From assembly GCA_963665815.1 (NCBI GenBank), contig OY762463.1:1440001-1504000 (forward strand): 64,000 nt of DNA. Reading direction: 5' to 3'. Position numbers and translations under genes: made by a program. Below are positions 62,129 through 64,000 of the stretch, piece after piece (position 1 is the stretch's first letter; every line of letters starts with the position of its first letter). The notes beneath the pieces were generated by a model, which was not told the origin of the DNA, searched no databases, and saw only the letters and a program-made list of their open reading frames with translations. This stretch comes from Candidatus Cloacimonadales bacterium (GTDB lineage Bacteria; Cloacimonadota; Cloacimonadia; Cloacimonadales; JAIOQZ01).

Positions 62129-64000
62129 CTATTTAAGAAGTATCATCTTTCTTGTAAGTTGTTTGTTTTCTGTTTTAAGTTTGTAGAAGTAAACACCAGA
62201 GCCAACTTTTTTGTCACGGCTATCAACACCTTCCCAGATTATTGTATGAGGTCCACTGGTAAGACGATCTTTTACAAGATCTTTAACTTTCTGACCCTTG
62301 ATGTTATAAACAGCAAGCTCAACATTCTGGTCTCTGGCAATTGAGAACTCAATCTTTGTTTCAGGATTGAATGGATTTGGATAATTCTGATTCAGATAAG
62401 TTGTCGGCGCAAAATCAGGCACTTCATTTCCAACAAACTCTCTTGTTACAATTATTTTACCTGTTGAGTTCACATTAATCGGCTGAATCACAGGATTGCT
62501 TCTCGCAAGATTATAAAGTTCATCTCTATATTCAAGATAAATATAAACATCATCCGGGAAGTTCTCTGTATCAAGAGAAAATTCAATATCATTCAAATCA
62601 TCAATATCAAGATTGAATGTCCATTCTATTCTTGCATCTTCCTCATCTGAAAGAAGTCCTCTGATATCCTGATTCAGCACATTGTAATCAGCGAAAGATT
62701 CATCTTTATGTATATACATGGAGATATTTCTTGAGAATGGTTTTACAGGTGGTTCAATCAGATCGAAATGTTCTTCAAAGTCATCTGAACAATATTCTGA
62801 TGTACCTATAATAATTCCATCTTTGTCCATATTATTTTGTGTCACACTGATTTTTGCTGTATAATCAATCTCATTGGTAAACATTTGATCCGGATTATCT
62901 ATAAACGGAACAAAAACAACCTCAACATTATTTTTGAGACTGTAAATCCAGAATCCTGATCCTTCATTAATTACATCAGCCATTAAATACTCATTATCGT
63001 ATGTGTAGCATACATTCATGATGAGCTTATACTGAACAGCTTCTGTATACCTGTAAATAGTACCATTATAATTGAATCTCAGATCATCCATCGTATAATC
63101 GCTGATATGTGGATTAGGCACAAGATTCCAACCGTAATCAAGATCGTGATATACAGGATTCAATTCAAATGTAGCATCCTGAATAGTAACATTACCATTA
63201 CTGATATCAGCCCAGTAAGCCATACCTGAATCAAATGATGCCTGAGTCTGGTATGCACTGTCTACATAACTGTGCAGAGTAAGATTACTGCCAAATACAG
63301 TATTTATATCATTTATATCTGTAACCGGATTAGACAAAATCTTTCTTCCCGGAAGATAACTGAATTGATATTGCTGCGGTACAGTTCCAACCTGCCAGCC
63401 ACTTAAATACTCAACATATTCACCATTTGTAAGAGTTGCACCTATTACAAGATTAGCTTCTTCCATGAATAAATTTTCGGGGACTGTCCAGTTTACTGAT
63501 GAAACATAGTAAATCTGATCTTGAGCTAACATGATTTCATCTGTTTCTGATCTTAAGAATACATCAAAATGATCAATCAGGAATGAGTAATCAATACTCC
63601 ATGAGAATGTCAGTTCATCACCTTCTTCAAAATAACGGTGATTTGTGTAAGCAAAATCAACTTCCGGCAATGCATTTCCAAGATAGACTACAAATGTTCT
63701 ATAATCATTATCCGCTGCCTGGAATGCATAATTATCTACAGCAAGATCAGTCTGAATTCCTGATGAATTATCAATAACCCAGAGTTTCCTTCCGTCTCTG
63801 AAACCAACATTTGGGCAGCTCACTGTAAGATCTTCATTATTAATAGATGTTTTTACCCTCATAACCCATGTTTTAAGGGATGTATCAATATCATAGTAAC
63901 TTTTGATATGTCTCGAAAGCTCTTTGTTAGATTGCCAGTATCTTTCATAGAACTGAGCTTTAATATATGTGCCTGTTGCTATCTGATTATCCGTAGCATC
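62129..64000 (-). CDS. Secreted protein with FlgD-Ig CTD, 3' part; starts outside the window
   Basis: Frame is open from 64000 through the track's Met at 63862. GWNLVPNP; C-terminal NYPNPFNPET...GVYFYKL...RKMILLK. Confidence 0.85.
   Translation of the reverse strand, partial: DATDNQIATGTYIKAQFYERYWQSNKELSRHIKSYYDIDTSLKTWVMRVKTSINNEDLTVSCPNVGFRDGRKLWVIDNSSGIQTDLAVDNYAFQAADNDYRTFVVYLGNALPEVDFAYTNHRYFEEGDELTFSWSIDYSFLIDHFDVFLRSETDEIMLAQDQIYYVSSVNWTVPENLFMEEANLVIGATLTNGEYVEYLSGWQVGTVPQQYQFSYLPGRKILSNPVTDINDINTVFGSNLTLHSYVDSAYQTQASFDSGMAYWADISNGNVTIQDATFELNPVYHDLDYGWNLVPNPHISDYTMDDLRFNYNGTIYRYTEAVQYKLIMNVCYTYDNEYLMADVINEGSGFWIYSLKNNVEVVFVPFIDNPDQMFTNEIDYTAKISVTQNNMDKDGIIIGTSEYCSDDFEEHFDLIEPPVKPFSRNISMYIHKDESFADYNVLNQDIRGLLSDEEDARIEWTFNLDIDDLNDIEFSLDTENFPDDVYIYLEYRDELYNLARSNPVIQPINVNSTGKIIVTREFVGNEVPDFAPTTYLNQNYPNPFNPETKIEFSIARDQNVELAVYNIKGQKVKDLVKDRLTSGPHTIIWEGVDSRDKKVGSGVYFYKLKTENKQLTRKMILLK

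Overview
AT-rich bacterial chromosomal window. It most likely comes from a Candidatus Cloacimonadota (Cloacimonetes)-like anaerobe, inferred from four secreted proteins ending in the NYPNPFNP...GVYFY FlgD-Ig/T9SS-like C-terminal domain plus an [FeFe]-hydrogenase and PPDK. Core-type content: a second EF-G (spdEFG1/mtEFG1-like), two EIIA-fused transporters, miaB, ispF, an unusually large GlmS-like protein, ispD, regulators, a TPR protein, a frameshifted OmpH, DUF2161, TSUP, YgiQ, Csp, ppdK, a hybrid kinase, and rex + hndB/A/C/D + TM1266-hydG-aspA-hydE-hydF. Unexplained structure: (1) 7.2-12.3 kb: three copies of a long mosaic non-coding repeat, with promoters and a conserved RBS-led minigene MKHWYFP, bracketing two unrelated two-gene cassettes of secreted proteins. 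(2) 41.9-45.5 kb: a REP-rich, partly triplicated DUF559 remnant region, then a structured ~185-nt leader and a DUF3800 gene. (3) An attenuator-like leader before the hydrogenase maturation operon. (4) An ECF sigma / small secreted peptide / pseudo-radical-SAM module next to a degenerate MCP-like protein. The hydrogenase carries signatures of a non-bifurcating NADH-dependent enzyme. No CRISPR array, tRNA, rRNA, integrase, transposase or reverse transcriptase was recognised. All family calls are by motif recognition, without database searches.
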